From Lingula anatina (lineage: Eukaryota > Animalia > Brachiopoda): a stretch of DNA of 64,000 nucleotides. The first letter of the stretch is position 1. The number at the start of each line of letters is the position of its first letter. The stretch covers positions 12,498,644 through 12,562,643 of the forward strand of contig CM120643.1 of assembly GCA_051362555.1 (NCBI GenBank), read 5' to 3'. Positions 49,052 through 62,633 of this stretch are shown piece after piece. The notes under the pieces were generated by a model. It did not search any database. It was not told the origin of the DNA and saw only the letters and a program-made list of their open reading frames with translations. Position numbers and translations under genes: made by a program.

Positions 49052-50122
49052 CTTTTCGCAAGTTTGTAAGCTCTCTAATAAATGGTGAAGTAATTGGCGA
49101 CACTGTCGTAGACACAGTCTGGGGTTCGTTCTTGGCAAGGAATGGGTTAGACAGTGAAGATATTATGTTGCTCATGGCCGACGAGCTCGAAGATGACTCC
49201 TTCTCTTGGGTGGTCACTATGGTGGTGCCATTAATCTGTGGTACCGATGAGGCACCTTGAGGCAACGAGGCACCACTGGGTGTTGCCACAGAGGTGGGTG
49301 GCAGGGCGTAGCTAGGACTAATATTTGGGTTGAGAGCACTAGCTGTCAGGGCAGCCATGGCAGACTGCGAGGGCGACGTCTGCCCATCTGACTTGGCAGG
49401 TATTCCCGTCATGATCTGATGTTGTAATTGTTGGATCAGAGTCAACTGTATCAATTGCTGTTGTTGCAGAGAACTCAAGGTAGCATGGAGAAACAGAAGA
49501 TCTGAGGGATTAGCATTGTTCTCAACAAACTGTGAAACTGCAGCTTTGGTTCCTTCGAGGGGTTCCAGCTTCACATTGTTGCTAGGCAACAACGAGGTCA
49601 GGGAGGGTTGTGTGATGGGAGGCCATCCGTACTGAGGTAGAAATCTGCTGGAGATGACGTCTTGTTCGTCCAGGTCAGACATTTTGATTCCCATATTTGA
49701 TAACTCGTCCACATCATCTTCTTCCATGCTGTCGTCCATCTTTGAAAATTCATCTTCTGCGTCTTGATCAAATTCCTCATCCAACAAGTCTTCGTTGTCA
49801 TTTTGATTTTGGTTTAGTTTTGATTCTGGGTCTTCTGACATGGCAGCTGCATTCATCTCCAGCTCCATTTTGTCATCTTCAGAAATTACACTGCTGGTGC
49901 TAGAGGGCGCCAAAATCTGGCTGTTGTCATTCTGTTTCATGATATTTGCTTCATCTGAGTCTTTTTGATTTTTATCCTCGCCGTCTGCAATAACGACGAT
50001 TCGTTTGGAGCTACAGTTCTTTTTGTGAGTCAGGAAATCTGACAGGTCGTAGAATTGTGCACGGCAGATCCCACAGACGTGAGCATCATCAGTTTCCACC
50101 ACTGGAGACATTTCACCATCAC
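49052..50122 (-). CDS. SALL: SALL exon (N-terminal C2HC finger, Q-rich multimerisation domain)
   Basis: HVCGICRAQFYDLSDFLTHKKNC, TKAAVSQF, LQQQQLIQLTLIQQLQHQI; ttttcag acceptor, G|gtatgg donor, 1071 bp, phase 1-1. Confidence 0.95.
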
Positions 50123-51760
50123 CTGAAAAGATGAGTGAAATTCTATTAAATATCTTTACAAGAAAATGTCAGCTCAAGCCTCTTCCTGAAAATGACACAT
50201 TCAAAGGAAGTGCAGTGTTTCAATTTTTCTATTCCAAATTCAGAATGTTTTTTGAAGAATTGAACATAACTTCATGCGAAAAAGCAGCAATCTGCATACC
50301 AGTTGCAAAAGCTGCCAAAGAGATCTCTAAACCCTGTAACACTTAACAATATACATGTACTTATAAAGGAGTGCCTTCGAGATCTTTGAAAGCACTCTTT
50401 CAATCCTCTCATATGCAAGGATATTTCTTGGCCCCAACTGGCACAAAATGACACAGGTAACATTTCATCTGCTTATTTGAATATCAACACACATTTAATA
50501 TTTTAAGCTCATTTTCAATAAAACCTAAATGTGATAATTTCTCCGACTGATGTCTCTTTCTTAACCATCAAAGGAGTTTTATGGAAATAATATTTTAAAA
50601 ACATTTGATTTAATTTGCATTTAACTTTTACCTCAAGTCTCCATCAAAGCTACCAACATGTGCTGAAAATAATGTGATGTCATCCAGCAAAATGGACGTT
50701 TGATGTCCCTCTTAAGGCAACCCTTACAGCCATTCTGAGGTTTTACCATCACAAATGAATATATTATTAATGTGAAATTTTTGGCATGTGCCAAATTGTT
50801 CATTATATTCTCATTTCTTTGGGGCTGTTATTGCAAAAGAGAGGGCCATTTAGCATATAAGATCAATGTAATTGCTTTTTAAAACTCTACGAGTATTAAT
50901 CATCTGCATAATTTCTTCACCTAATTCTCAAATGCATTACAATAAGACCAACAAATCAGATTAATGGAAAGTTCTTTATTAAAGTTTCCTACATTAAGTT
51001 TATAGCAAAAATTGAGTTGTTTCTACACTGAATCAACTCTTTTTTATTTACAGTTCTTGAAAATCTAACATAAAACATTTAGTCTAAGAGTCCAACTATT
51101 ATTTTTATATTTTCTGTATTCTACTTATATGTTTAAAAAAACTTGTATTTATTCAACAAAACAACTCTTTTTTCACACTATGAAACTTAACTTAAAAACC
51201 ATCTCAATTTGTTTCAATAAATGAAATGTCAAATATCTGTTTGCTTATATGTTTTCAAGCATAAAGATAAGATCTTGAACACTTCATTACTTTTTTCAAA
51301 TTTTGTAAGTTATTTTTCAGTGCCTGAGAAGTCCTTGGAATACTTTATTTTGATATTCAACTGAGAAGAAGTTTTTCCTGTGTTCTCAACTTTCATAGCA
51401 CAATACTGCAACCATCACCATGATATTTATTTTCACTGTTTCAATCTAAAGAATAACCCATTAAAACAATGAAGGGGATAATAAGGAAGACACCAGTTAC
51501 ATGATGTGCAATGCTCAGCAATATGACAGTCTGATTCTACTGAAATTCCTTAATCATCCTCCTCTGCTGAATCTTAGACATTTCCTTACCAAAATAAAAT
51601 ATCAAAATTTTCAATTTACAAGACAGATCAGTAGCCATTAATTTTGTTTTTTTTTCCTAAAAAAGTGGAGTTCTTTATCATCTTATTTGAACCTACAGGT
51701 TAAATTTTGACTGAGACTCAGAGAAGCAGTTTTCTGTACAAAAAAGGGCAGTTTTTCCAC

Positions 51761-51761
<1 letters not shown>

Positions 51762-51797
<36 letters not shown>
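51762..51797. repeat. Poly-C homopolymer (36 nt)
   Basis: Uninterrupted C run; poly-G on the SALL sense strand. Confidence 0.9.
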
Positions 51798-54700
51798 TTC
51801 TTACAGGACTGCTATATTAGTAGAAATAAGTCGGGATTCCAGTTTTATCTTTCAAATACACGTGGCTCACCACATCAAAGGTGCTGGCATAGATGACAAA
51901 TAACCACACCAACATTCATAACACATCTGGGAACTCCTCAAAAATAATAATCTATTCCTTCACCTTTTGCAGATTGAAATAATATAATCGAGTCGGTTCA
52001 TGGTTGGTTCAAGTAAAAGAAGTACAATTTGTTTAATGGATAAAAATTTGCCGTTCCTTAAAAACAGGAATATTATTTATTTTCGTAAAGTTGGTCAGAA
52101 CAAAAAACATCCAGTTGATACATATATATGTGTATTCTGGAGTGTAAGTGGACTTTAGAAGTGTATAAGAGCATTTATGAGGAGGAAAATATCTTTTATG
52201 CATTTCTACACTGATAATTCACAAGAAAAGAATAAAACAAAGGGAGTGAAAGCTTAATCCAAATAACAATTGTAAACATCATTTTTTATTTGGATGTCTT
52301 AAGAGCATCTATCCAAAAAAGTACAATAAGTCAACCACCAAAAATCAGTCAAGTCTTGCAAATCTGTTTCTCTTTCCTCGGCAGCCTCTGTTTTCACTCA
52401 GAGACTGTGTTCCTGGCAAGAAGTGAATCAAAACAGACGCAGTCTATGATCATTCTCACCTTTCTTTACGCAATATTATGTGTGTTCGTTGACACGGTAG
52501 CGCCCTTTGGCAAAATTCAAATGAAAATAAGAATAGGGGTTCCTTTTTTTCAATCTGTTTCCACTGTGTCTATACCCTGTTATGCAATTTCCAGACTGCA
52601 AGATCGTTTACCTGATCTTTTTTTCTCTTTTTCCATTTTTTAATCTATAGATGAGATTCAAATCACTGTGGTCTGTTAAAACAAGGAGTCATTCAAAAGG
52701 GAAATAGAGAACAAACATTTTTATTATGTTTATTTAACAAAAAATGGTTAAAAGGCACTATTCCAAAAAGAACAATAGAAATAAGGAAACTTGGAAATAA
52801 AGCCCACACTTTAAAACTGAAAGTCACTCCAAAGCAATTCCAACATTTTTCTGCCCTCCAACATTGTCCATAAAACAGATTCTCCTTCAAATTTGGGGGT
52901 ATTGTTATGGATTTCTAGGTGGATCACATGCATTCTCAGGTGCTGTGGGGCTTCCATTGTTCTCCTCACACTCTCCAATATCGCCCGCTTCTTCACGCTC
53001 ATGTACCAGCATAAGAAATAGGGCATTATTTCCTGATATATTCTGATCTCATCAGGATTTTTGAAAGGCATTTAATATTTTATCTCCCAACATACAATAA
53101 CCAGCATTTTTTTAAAAAGTTCTTTTGATACCAGCAACCCTCCAGATATACCAGGCCTATTGTTCGTTAAGCTTAAATCCCGTCATTTAATACCCAAACC
53201 TGGCATACCTACTCCCCAATACATACTTACCTAATTCATATTTTATTTATATTCATTTTTTGACGGAGTTTCCAATTTCTCCCCCATTAAAGGGGTGTCA
53301 GTATAATAAATTGCCTTCTTCGTCTCCCGCTGTTCAGGGAAAACTATAGGAATCCTGCAATGCATTGAAACATCGGCTTCCTTTTAAAATTAATATCTGA
53401 AACCTGATTTACAAGCTTATCTATCATTGGTCGTGCTCAATGCTGCCCTGTGAACCCTATCGCAGAGGTTGGAGCACTGGGAAACATATAGCCTTGAAAA
53501 GGTAAAGACTTATTGTTCCCGACACTACCTCACGAGCCCTGGATTGCTGTTCAAACTGACGGAAATGCACATGTTAATAAACCAGTGGATTATACCGTTT
53601 GGGTGGATAGTTTGCTATTTTCCAGTTGCATGCCCTTTACCAGTGGGCAAAAAATCATCCATTCATTTAACTACTCTTTATACTTATTTTCATTATCTTA
53701 GATATTACAGTATTGTTTTACAATCCTTTCTTTTTCCATTATATTCATTTCTTTTTCTTTTTTTCTGTTTATCTGTTTTACTTTCATTTGTTTCTTATTA
53801 ATTTCTTATTTGTCTGTTTGGTTCCTTATTTACTTACCAATTAACCTCTTGGTTTGGTAACAAGTTTATGTCCATTTTTTTTCATTATCATTACTATAAT
53901 TGAATCACACACACTTTCAACTGTCTTTGGGTGTAGAAACCTCATAGAGATCTCTGAACTATTGAATGTGAGTCAGGAATGCTTAATGTCTTGAAAAATT
54001 TTATCCAAGGTTCACTTTAATTCAAATATTATTCAGTTCTTCAAGTTGCTTTTATTATAAAATTATTCATTACAAATGTATTTGTGTGTGTGTGTGGGGG
54101 GGGGGGGGGGTGGTTACTTATTGATTCCAACAATCCTTCCTTTCTATGATTACTTGAAGTAAAGATAAATTACCAAAATAATTATTTTTAAATTTTATTT
54201 TTAATTCAAGGCAATGGAGGAACTCCATGGCTTCAAAATACTTCAGTAAAACATATTTTTTAATCAGATTTAAAATGCAATCCCTTCATTCATTTAAAAA
54301 TCTGTTCCTAAAATTTTCAACATTTTTTTTTCTTAATTTGTTCAGGAGAAACTTAATTCACTGCAATCCCTTGCCTTAATTAAACTGTGTGTGCGATCTG
54401 AAATTTCACTGTTTTTCATCCAAGTACTACAGATTAAATGCCATTTAACATGGTACACTCATGTGGTTAATTTTACAAAATTTGTTTTAAGTGGCTTTAA
54501 TTCAACAGAAAAACATTTCCTCCCAATGCCTTTTAAGAATATATGTGAGATTTGACAAAACTTCTATTGTTGTAGATATGTGTCCTTGTTTCCTGCTACA
54601 ATATATCCCACATTACATCTTAATGCAAGGAATATCTATCTATTTATCATCAAAGTACACCATTTCCCCCCTTTATCGGGACAAATTTCGAGGTAATGCT

Positions 54701-54845
54701 GAGCAGGGATAAGGTCACATTTCACAATACAATATACCATAGTCTTTCATTTTAGATTAGTTATGAGGCTACCTCATCACCGAGTTTATCACTCTAATTG
54801 CGCAGTGGGTCTATTACAGCCAACCGGCCTCCCCGTGGCAGGACA

Positions 54846-54942
54846 GTTGCTAAGATAGGCAACAAGGTTGCTAAGAAACATAATATTCCCTACAATGTCA
54901 CTGTCATTGTAAATTTGAAAGGTAAACCAGTAGAGGGGGCAG
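54846..54942 (+). promoter_or_regulatory. Candidate regulatory element: X-box-like sites plus a CTCF-like motif
   Basis: GTTGCTAAG occurs twice (54846 and 54867; the second reads GTTGCTAAGAAAC), followed by CCAGTAGAGGGGGCAG at 54927. Confidence 0.35.
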
Positions 54943-57900
54943 GGTTAACTACTTACATATGGTAAATTGAATGAAACTTGATTATCCCATTGATTTGACA
55001 ATACATGAGACGGAATAATTACAAGGGTTTGACCTCAGAGACGATCTTAATTCAAACGTTACTGTCTTCCATACTTGTCTGTATCGCTTTTTCATTACCC
55101 AGAAAATCATATCCCCCTGAAATCTTAAAAGCTTTGGGGAAAACGAATCAATAGAAAGCATATTTTAAGAATGCTCACGGCGGTCGTCTAACAATATCAA
55201 GAAATAGCTCAAGTTCCCTTAATCTAATAATAGGGCGCATCCTAACTTAGTTAGCCAGTGTAGTTCATTTTATGAACATAGGGGAATTATTAATATTCGT
55301 CGCAAAATGGGATCAGTGTCCCATCGCGGTATTGTTGTTCCCTATTATCCACGATGTACCAGTTGGATTTGCAGAGTCTTTAATTGTGTTTGTTACTTAG
55401 TCAAAAACAAGTCCAGTGGACCCCTACAGAAGCCATGTTACATTACACACAGTAAGCATCACAAAGGCCTCGCTGTAATGTATTTAGTTAGTAAACCAGG
55501 GTCTCCCCTTCTTAAATATTTGAATACATTTTTATAAATTCCCTAAGGTGATCATTTTTCAAATAATTCAATGGGAAATGTACACAAAGCAGACTAAATT
55601 AGGCTTGGCACAGACAACACATAAATACATTTGTTCATAGGACAGGATGAAGATCCTGGGAGATAAGGACTCCGCATCTTATCAAGGGGAGAAATAATGA
55701 GGAGACAACAAGCTTTCTGGAAAACAAATACAAAAAATGAAAGGTGTGAAGTGACAAGTACACATCCACATTCATCTGTGGGTCCACCATGAATCCAACT
55801 TTTGCTGCCCCGAACATGAAAATCACCAATTTTCCATTGATCATCCTCTAAAAGGGAAACAAAAAAGGTATCAAAGGCCTAGATTGTGTATAAACAATGT
55901 CAAAGCTTATGACTTCCAATATCTGAGATCGTGCTACTGTCTCCAAGACAAACCAAATATGAATATGCCTTGTGCGTTCCGCCACAGTATTAAGTCAATA
56001 TTGTCCTGCCAATCTTATATACAATTTTAATACCCAAGTTTTGTAAAAGTCAGGAATCTCTGTTGAGACTGTAAATATGTGCCTAAGCCCTACAATGATA
56101 GCAAGCCTTTCATAACGGTGTAATGGAATATTAAATTAAATCTTTACTTCCAAATTTCCCATTCATCTGTTGTTAAATATGTAGTCTACAGTGTCGTCTG
56201 CTGGATAATGTGGCCAATTCAGATGAAAACCAAAATTTACATTAATTTAATTTGCGTCTTTGGTGATTTGTTTGATCTACCTTCACTTTTCAAAATGTTG
56301 TGATGATATGAATAATACAAGTTACTCTCTGCCACTTGTGAATCTATAATGGCAGGAAAAGAGGTCTCGGGCTACACATCTCTTTGCCAATATAACTTGC
56401 AAATATGGAGTAGTTTTCATGTTTTAACAAACATTAACTCAAGTCCAGCAAATCTCATCTCGTATTAGTTACATATTTGAACACACGGACAACATGGTTT
56501 TGGTTTGAACAGTAGACTCTGTAGTGTAGGGACGTTGTTTATGCACAATAAATGGTTTCTGTCTAAAGTTCTCAGCTTTGTGTTGTTACAAGTGCTCATA
56601 ATATGGGCTACATCGTCTAAAACATGTGGTAAATTATTTCAAATATTGCGCAGTTGATAGTTTATAATTTCTTAGCCTAAATAACATTAATCAGCAGAAA
56701 GAGCACTGCTTTATACCCATTTCCTCAAATACAAAAATACACCAAATATATCATTTTTTTCAAAAGTTAGTTATTAATTTCTTTTACGAATGACCACAGG
56801 ACACATAGTGTATAAAATGAAAAGTGGTATTACTGAAAATAAAAATTCTGCTCAACAAAAACTGAAACTCATATAGGTACAGAGCATTACATGTACTTCT
56901 TTTGACTTACAGAGGGCAGAATTTTGGAATGATTTTTCAACAAAGCAAGCAAAACCTACCAAATATTCATATATACTAATAAAACTTGACAACATCTTTT
57001 CTCCTGTTTCTAAACAAGAACCATCATTTCAGAGCACTAAATAGGTAATTCAGAAAACTTACATTCAGATAACAACATACATCTTTTAACTCTTGTCTAC
57101 TTACCCTGTGCCTCACTTGGCTTGAAGTGATATCAAAATGAGTTCTGGAAGACGCATCAGTGCCTTTAATTGCCATAATGAATTAATTAAGCCACATGCC
57201 TTTACGTACCTCTTCCTTGAAAAAATATACAAGCACACCTGGAGTCACCACTGTATTAGTTAGTGAGATTAGGGTCCTTAAAAAGGGGAGAAAGGACATA
57301 AGCAGTAACAGTGCTCCTTCATATAATAAACTTTAGCAAGAAAAAGAGATCCAATTTACTTTTGTTTTTCCATCATGATCACCAAACCAAACATATGCTA
57401 GGTTTTATTTAAATAGGTTTTGAAAGTATAACTTTTTTAATTCTTCAAAAGTGATTCTAAAACAATGGTTTTATAAAACTATCTCTTGTTGTGTTCTATG
57501 ATCATTTTTTATCTGTTGTTTGGTATTTTGGAGAATTGGTTTAATACCTGTGGAGTCTCTCTGTTGACCAATCATTTATCATCAATCATTTAATTTCTAA
57601 ATAAATGAGTCTCAAGGAATATATTTGCCCTTCAATCACTGCAAGCAGCTTAAATCATGTTATTGGATTTTAAAACATTTCCACGACTTGGGCAGGGAAT
57701 GACAAGAAACTTTGGGATAACATTTCTTCCTGTGTACATCTTTAAGCTGTAAATCTATCATGCAAGTATACACTTTCAGTTTAAACAAATCTTCCGAAAA
57801 AACACAGTAAACTTTCTATCAAACTTTGCAATTTCAGCAGCTGAAGTTTTACACACACATACACATACTCACAAAGGTACAGGTAAGTTGTGGGCAGCCA

Positions 57901-59397
57901 CATGACTGACATCTTGAAAGCTCTGCTTTTAAAAGTGTGAAATGCAATATGTTGTCTTCTGTTTGCTGTACAACATCTGTTCCCCTTTTGGGAGGCTTGG
58001 CATCCCTTAACCCCATCAAATGAAAAGTTACACCCCAGGTACATCGGAAATGTTCAAAGTTGTATATAAACTCCTCAAAATGATTCAATCCCTGCACTTT
58101 ATAAGAGTGTGAAATGCCACTGGAAGATCATGTGAAAAGTAACATGAATTTCAATGCTCTAGTTAGAAATTTTTTCAATGATTTTTTTTTGTCTATAGAT
58201 AATAATGAAATGATGTTATTTCTCTCTGAATGGCACTCAATTGATTTGAACGGAAGGCTAAGTTTTCTGAAAGTTCTTCCAGGTCAGTACCTCAATTTTT
58301 TTTTTTTTTTTTTTTTTTGACAGGAGTCAAGTTAACAGGGAAAATCAAGTAAAATTCAGAGTAAAATGTCTTCTTCTAAATGCATGATAACATATATTAA
58401 ACATACATGACACACCCCCCCCCACCCCCGTCCCCTCTTCAAACCCCATCAAACCTTTGATGACACGAGGATATCTACCTTTTCCTGGGTACATGACAGG
58501 ACAAAAACCCGCTATGCAAATCCCAACCAGTAACATTTCTTCACTGATAAATAGTATCGTATATCAACAAACATATTAACTTACACATTTTGATACGCTC
58601 TTTTCTACTTTCTTCAAAATAAGTCTTCTGATACCTCATATCTTAATGGAAGCCTTACCCTTTAAAGGGGACAGGGGTTCTGGCGGTAAAAAAAAAAGGA
58701 AAACCCTCTCCTATCTCATCAATCTTAATAAGTCTGAAGTTCTCTCTTTATTTTTCCACTTCAAAAATCTTAGGTAACTTGGAAATCTGACCTAGGGGTT
58801 ATGAAATGCCCACACACACATCAAAGAAACTTTATTAAATTTAGGTAAAATCCTGAGTTGCATAACCACTCCTGTTATGATAAATTAAGTATAACTGGGG
58901 TATTTATTTTCATCCAAGACAGGAACTCATAGCTGAGCTTTTCTATGGCAGCAACAGGGCGTTTAGGCTAATGGATACCACATTACTAATTTTATTATCA
59001 TTTTGACATCTAAGAGATGTTGCCCATCCTTCATTCCCTTCATGCACTAATAAAAACCATCACTTTTTTTTCTGTCCTCAAATTTATTTTCACTTTACAA
59101 CTCATCTACCCAGTACATTTAAAATTTAATGCCACCAGGGACTTAATTCACTTCCCCTCTTGTAAAAATGATATCATAAACACTATCTTCATGAAAGAGG
59201 AAACCTGATAAGACACTAAAAGGGTCGTGATTTACCCCCCTTCTTTTCTCGGTGCGTAACTTTGGGCAGAGTTATATCTAAATGCCCTGATGCAATGCAG
59301 GAGCATTCTTACTAATTGAATCTTCAGATATCTAATATCTGCACAAATGCACAATTCATTATTGCCCATTTATCTGAGAACATATTTACCTGCCCCT

Positions 59398-59411
59398 CCT
59401 GTAGGTGGAGC
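59398..59411 (+). promoter_or_regulatory. CTCF-like motif CCTGTAGGTGGAGC
   Basis: Two mismatches to the core CCASYAGRKGGCRS. Confidence 0.4.
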
Positions 59412-61885
59412 TCTCTACATAACTTATCTTACAGCCTTCAAGAAAGAGCTAGTCCCTCCTTCTCCAGTTTGGCCACTGAACTTAAATGCTAAGATGATGA
59501 ATTTGCATAAAAAAAAGGGTCTTGCTAAAATATCTACTGGGACTGGATAAGTGTTAAAATTAAATTTCTAACCATTTATAAAAAATTTTTGCATCAGAAG
59601 ATGCCCTGGACCTCAAACCACCTCCCTGGAGCCATTTTTCCTCCAAGGCCTTCTGGAAAGTTTTCATTTTTGCTTCATTAATCACATCAAAGATGAATCT
59701 GTTTATGTGGAAAAAAGGCAGCCTATGAATCTTTGGTACAAACCAATAGATTATGCTTAGTGCCTTGCACTTATGCCATGATTGAAAACGCATACCAATA
59801 TAAATATATGTACCTGAAAAGCTTCTTGTCATATTTGGGCCCTCATATTTGTGATAACTTACACGTATTACCCAAACAGTAGTCCTAACTTTATAAAAAA
59901 AAAGTTCCCCTTTGGGGTCCCCCTGGCATTAAAGAAGAGTCACAACTTTGTTTAGACACATGGCTGAATAAATATTTTTCTTTTGGTCATCTGATATTAA
60001 CTTCATGCAGCGAATACTTCCCATCATCTCTAACTGTTATTACTTTTTTTTTTAGTTTTTGCTTAAAAGCAAACATTTCTGTGGAAAATGTGGATATAAA
60101 AAGCAGCTACAGGTTCAAATGCCTCTTAAAGGAGGATCTCTATTTGTTCTTTTGTTTTTTGTGCCTTTCAAATTTCAAATATGTTATGTTTTGAACAATC
60201 CATACATTGTTCTCCACTAAAAAGTATGTTTTTGAAATAAGCAAAATTCATATTTTCATTTTTGGTCTTTTTTTTCATTGTCTTCAAGTATAAAGGCACA
60301 TAACTGAGCAGTGTGCCATGTTCACTAATTGGTGCTGACAAATTTCAATATGGCAGAATTCCTCCCACTTTTACTCCCACCTGTTTCAAATTTTAACAAG
60401 TTTGGCACAATTTGTCAACGCCAATATGAATTTTGTGTCAAAAACTAGAAAGTGGGTGTACGCAAAAAATAGCAAGATTACTGGAAACCGCCATCATGTG
60501 GTGAAACTAATTTCAAGCGCGATTCATCATGCTGGTACAAAAGAGGGCAGCTCAAGCTAAGGAAATATGTATTCACTGGAATGTATTTCATTTTTAAACT
60601 CCCTTTTTTATAGTGAAATTAATACATTTAAATGTTTTGTGCAGAACTGGAAAACTCTGACTTATTACTGGACTGTTTCTGACTGCAAAATGACAATGGT
60701 TGCCAACCCCATTTCACAATTCTGAGGCATTTTTTGTCAATTTGCCCCTTACATTACAAAATGTACCATCAAAAGCAAATTAAAACAGCTTAAATAACAA
60801 AAACACCCTAGAAGCTACTGATCAGTCTCTGACCCTACACATAAGGGAACCTTGTTGGAAATTTCATCTCAAATTGTTAGTGAAATGAAGATATTTCTCT
60901 CAAAGTAATTGCTCCGCAGTGCAAGGTATATACTTCGTCTTCCTGACCTTTTCATTTCTCAGCTGAAGCTTAAATTCAATCTGTCAGCTAGCTGCTGTGG
61001 AAGAGCAAAAAATCGTAAAAAAAATTATTTCAAAATATGCTGCCAGCAATGCTTTGGTGCGTGTTGCGCTTTATGTGTTTCATATGTTTCGTGTCTGGGG
61101 GATTATCAACCAATCAGCTCCCACCATTTGTTGAAACCACGGTAACCAGAGAAATGTTATGAAATTTACCAATTTTTTGTACCTCCTAACCATGGATTTA
61201 AGTTTGGTTTGTATTTTTCAATACTTTCCCTACGACTCAGGACAAATGGAATTACTATTCACGTCATGACAGTAATCTTATGATGAAATTTTCATTTTTT
61301 TTCTCACAAGCCAGACTCTTTGATTTCTTTCCAAATTTTAAATTAAAATTCCTACTCATCGATGCAGTGAATTGCCAGAGGAAATCATTTCAAAATGAAG
61401 CCAACTGTTATTACTTTTTTCTTGCTCTAAAGCACAAACTGAGGAAGTATAACTCATTTTACTGAAAAAAATCATAAATTTAACTCCCACCTAGTATTGC
61501 TGACTCACCAGTTAAAGCAATAACCATGCATAGAGTTTCAATGAAAACTTAATTTATTGCGAGGTATTTTTGTATTAAAAAGCCAATTGTTTGGCACGTA
61601 TAAAAAGAACAGAAGTCTTTATGCATGGGGCCCTGAGCCACAATACTATAATTTTAAACAGACATAGGGTGGAAATAGATTTCACAGATTGCTAGAGGTT
61701 CTAGCTAAAACTATACATCTGCATTCAAAGCCGTCAGGTGCTTTTGAGTTAACTTTCTACAACTTTTAATGTTCAAAGATGTAATATAAAAGCCAGGCTG
61801 GTACTCTAATCCTTTCCTTCACACTGAGGCATGAAAGCACATGTAAAAAGTTATAAAAATAAATTTCTCCATTGAACTTGACATC

Positions 61886-61887
<2 letters not shown>

Positions 61888-61942
<55 letters not shown>
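61888..61942. repeat. (AT)n microsatellite
   Basis: Dinucleotide run. Confidence 0.95.
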
Positions 61943-61946
<4 letters not shown>

Positions 61947-62616
61947 CCTGGGCCCAGTTTCATTAAAGAACCAAAATTAAGGGCACAATGAAACTATCAT
62001 TTTATGTAGACCCAATCCACAGGGACCCTGGCTGAATGCAATCAGATTAACAGATGAACACAACTTCTCCTTGTTGCTGTCTTGTTTCCAATGTGCTCGT
62101 ATAATCACCAGCTTTTCTGTATTCGACTCAATGCCAGGAGGAAGCGTGTTTATCTGTGAATCATTCCGGGAGAGTCCCTGTGGAATAGGACCTATCTACA
62201 TAGAACGATAGTTTCATTGGGAATGAGCCCTTTAAGTTGTTTTCCACTTTAAGGCTGAAAATTTTGATCAATTACAATCCAGGTCTCTGTTTTACACAGA
62301 AACACAGTCTGGAATCAGTCTAGGCAAAAATTGTTTCATGTAGAACCTCACCCGATTATGCTGCCTTACACAAAAATGTACTTTTTGCAGTCATAAACGT
62401 TAGCGCGAACTCAAAAAATATAAGCCAGACTTTAAAAAGACAGCAAGCCTAGGCCTGTAATCAGTAATTTCAAAAAGAGAGTTTCTTATTCTGGAAATTT
62501 AATTGAAACTTTGGAGCACCTAGATCAGTTTTCACCCAGAAAAACCGACTGGTCAAGGAAGTTTTCAGTTTTTACCAAAATTTTCATTTTAACAGTCATG
62601 CCTGTGTTTCACTTAC

Positions 62617-62633
62617 TGGCCACCAGGGGGCCA
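62617..62633 (+). promoter_or_regulatory. CTCF motif TGGCCACCAGGGGGCCA
   Basis: First 15 nt identical to the canonical TGGCCACCAGGGGGCGCTA consensus, within an AT-rich intron. Confidence 0.6.

Noticed and set aside
51762-51797. Poly-G/C tracts as functional G-quadruplexes (also at 3144, 14232, 14329, 54096)
   Set aside because: Such homopolymers are frequent throughout the window and their length is assembly-sensitive; there is no specific evidence of function.
46330-60552. Weaker CTCF-like half motifs (46330, 52498, 56906, 60537)
   Set aside because: Several mismatches in the 5' core; not distinguishable from chance by eye.
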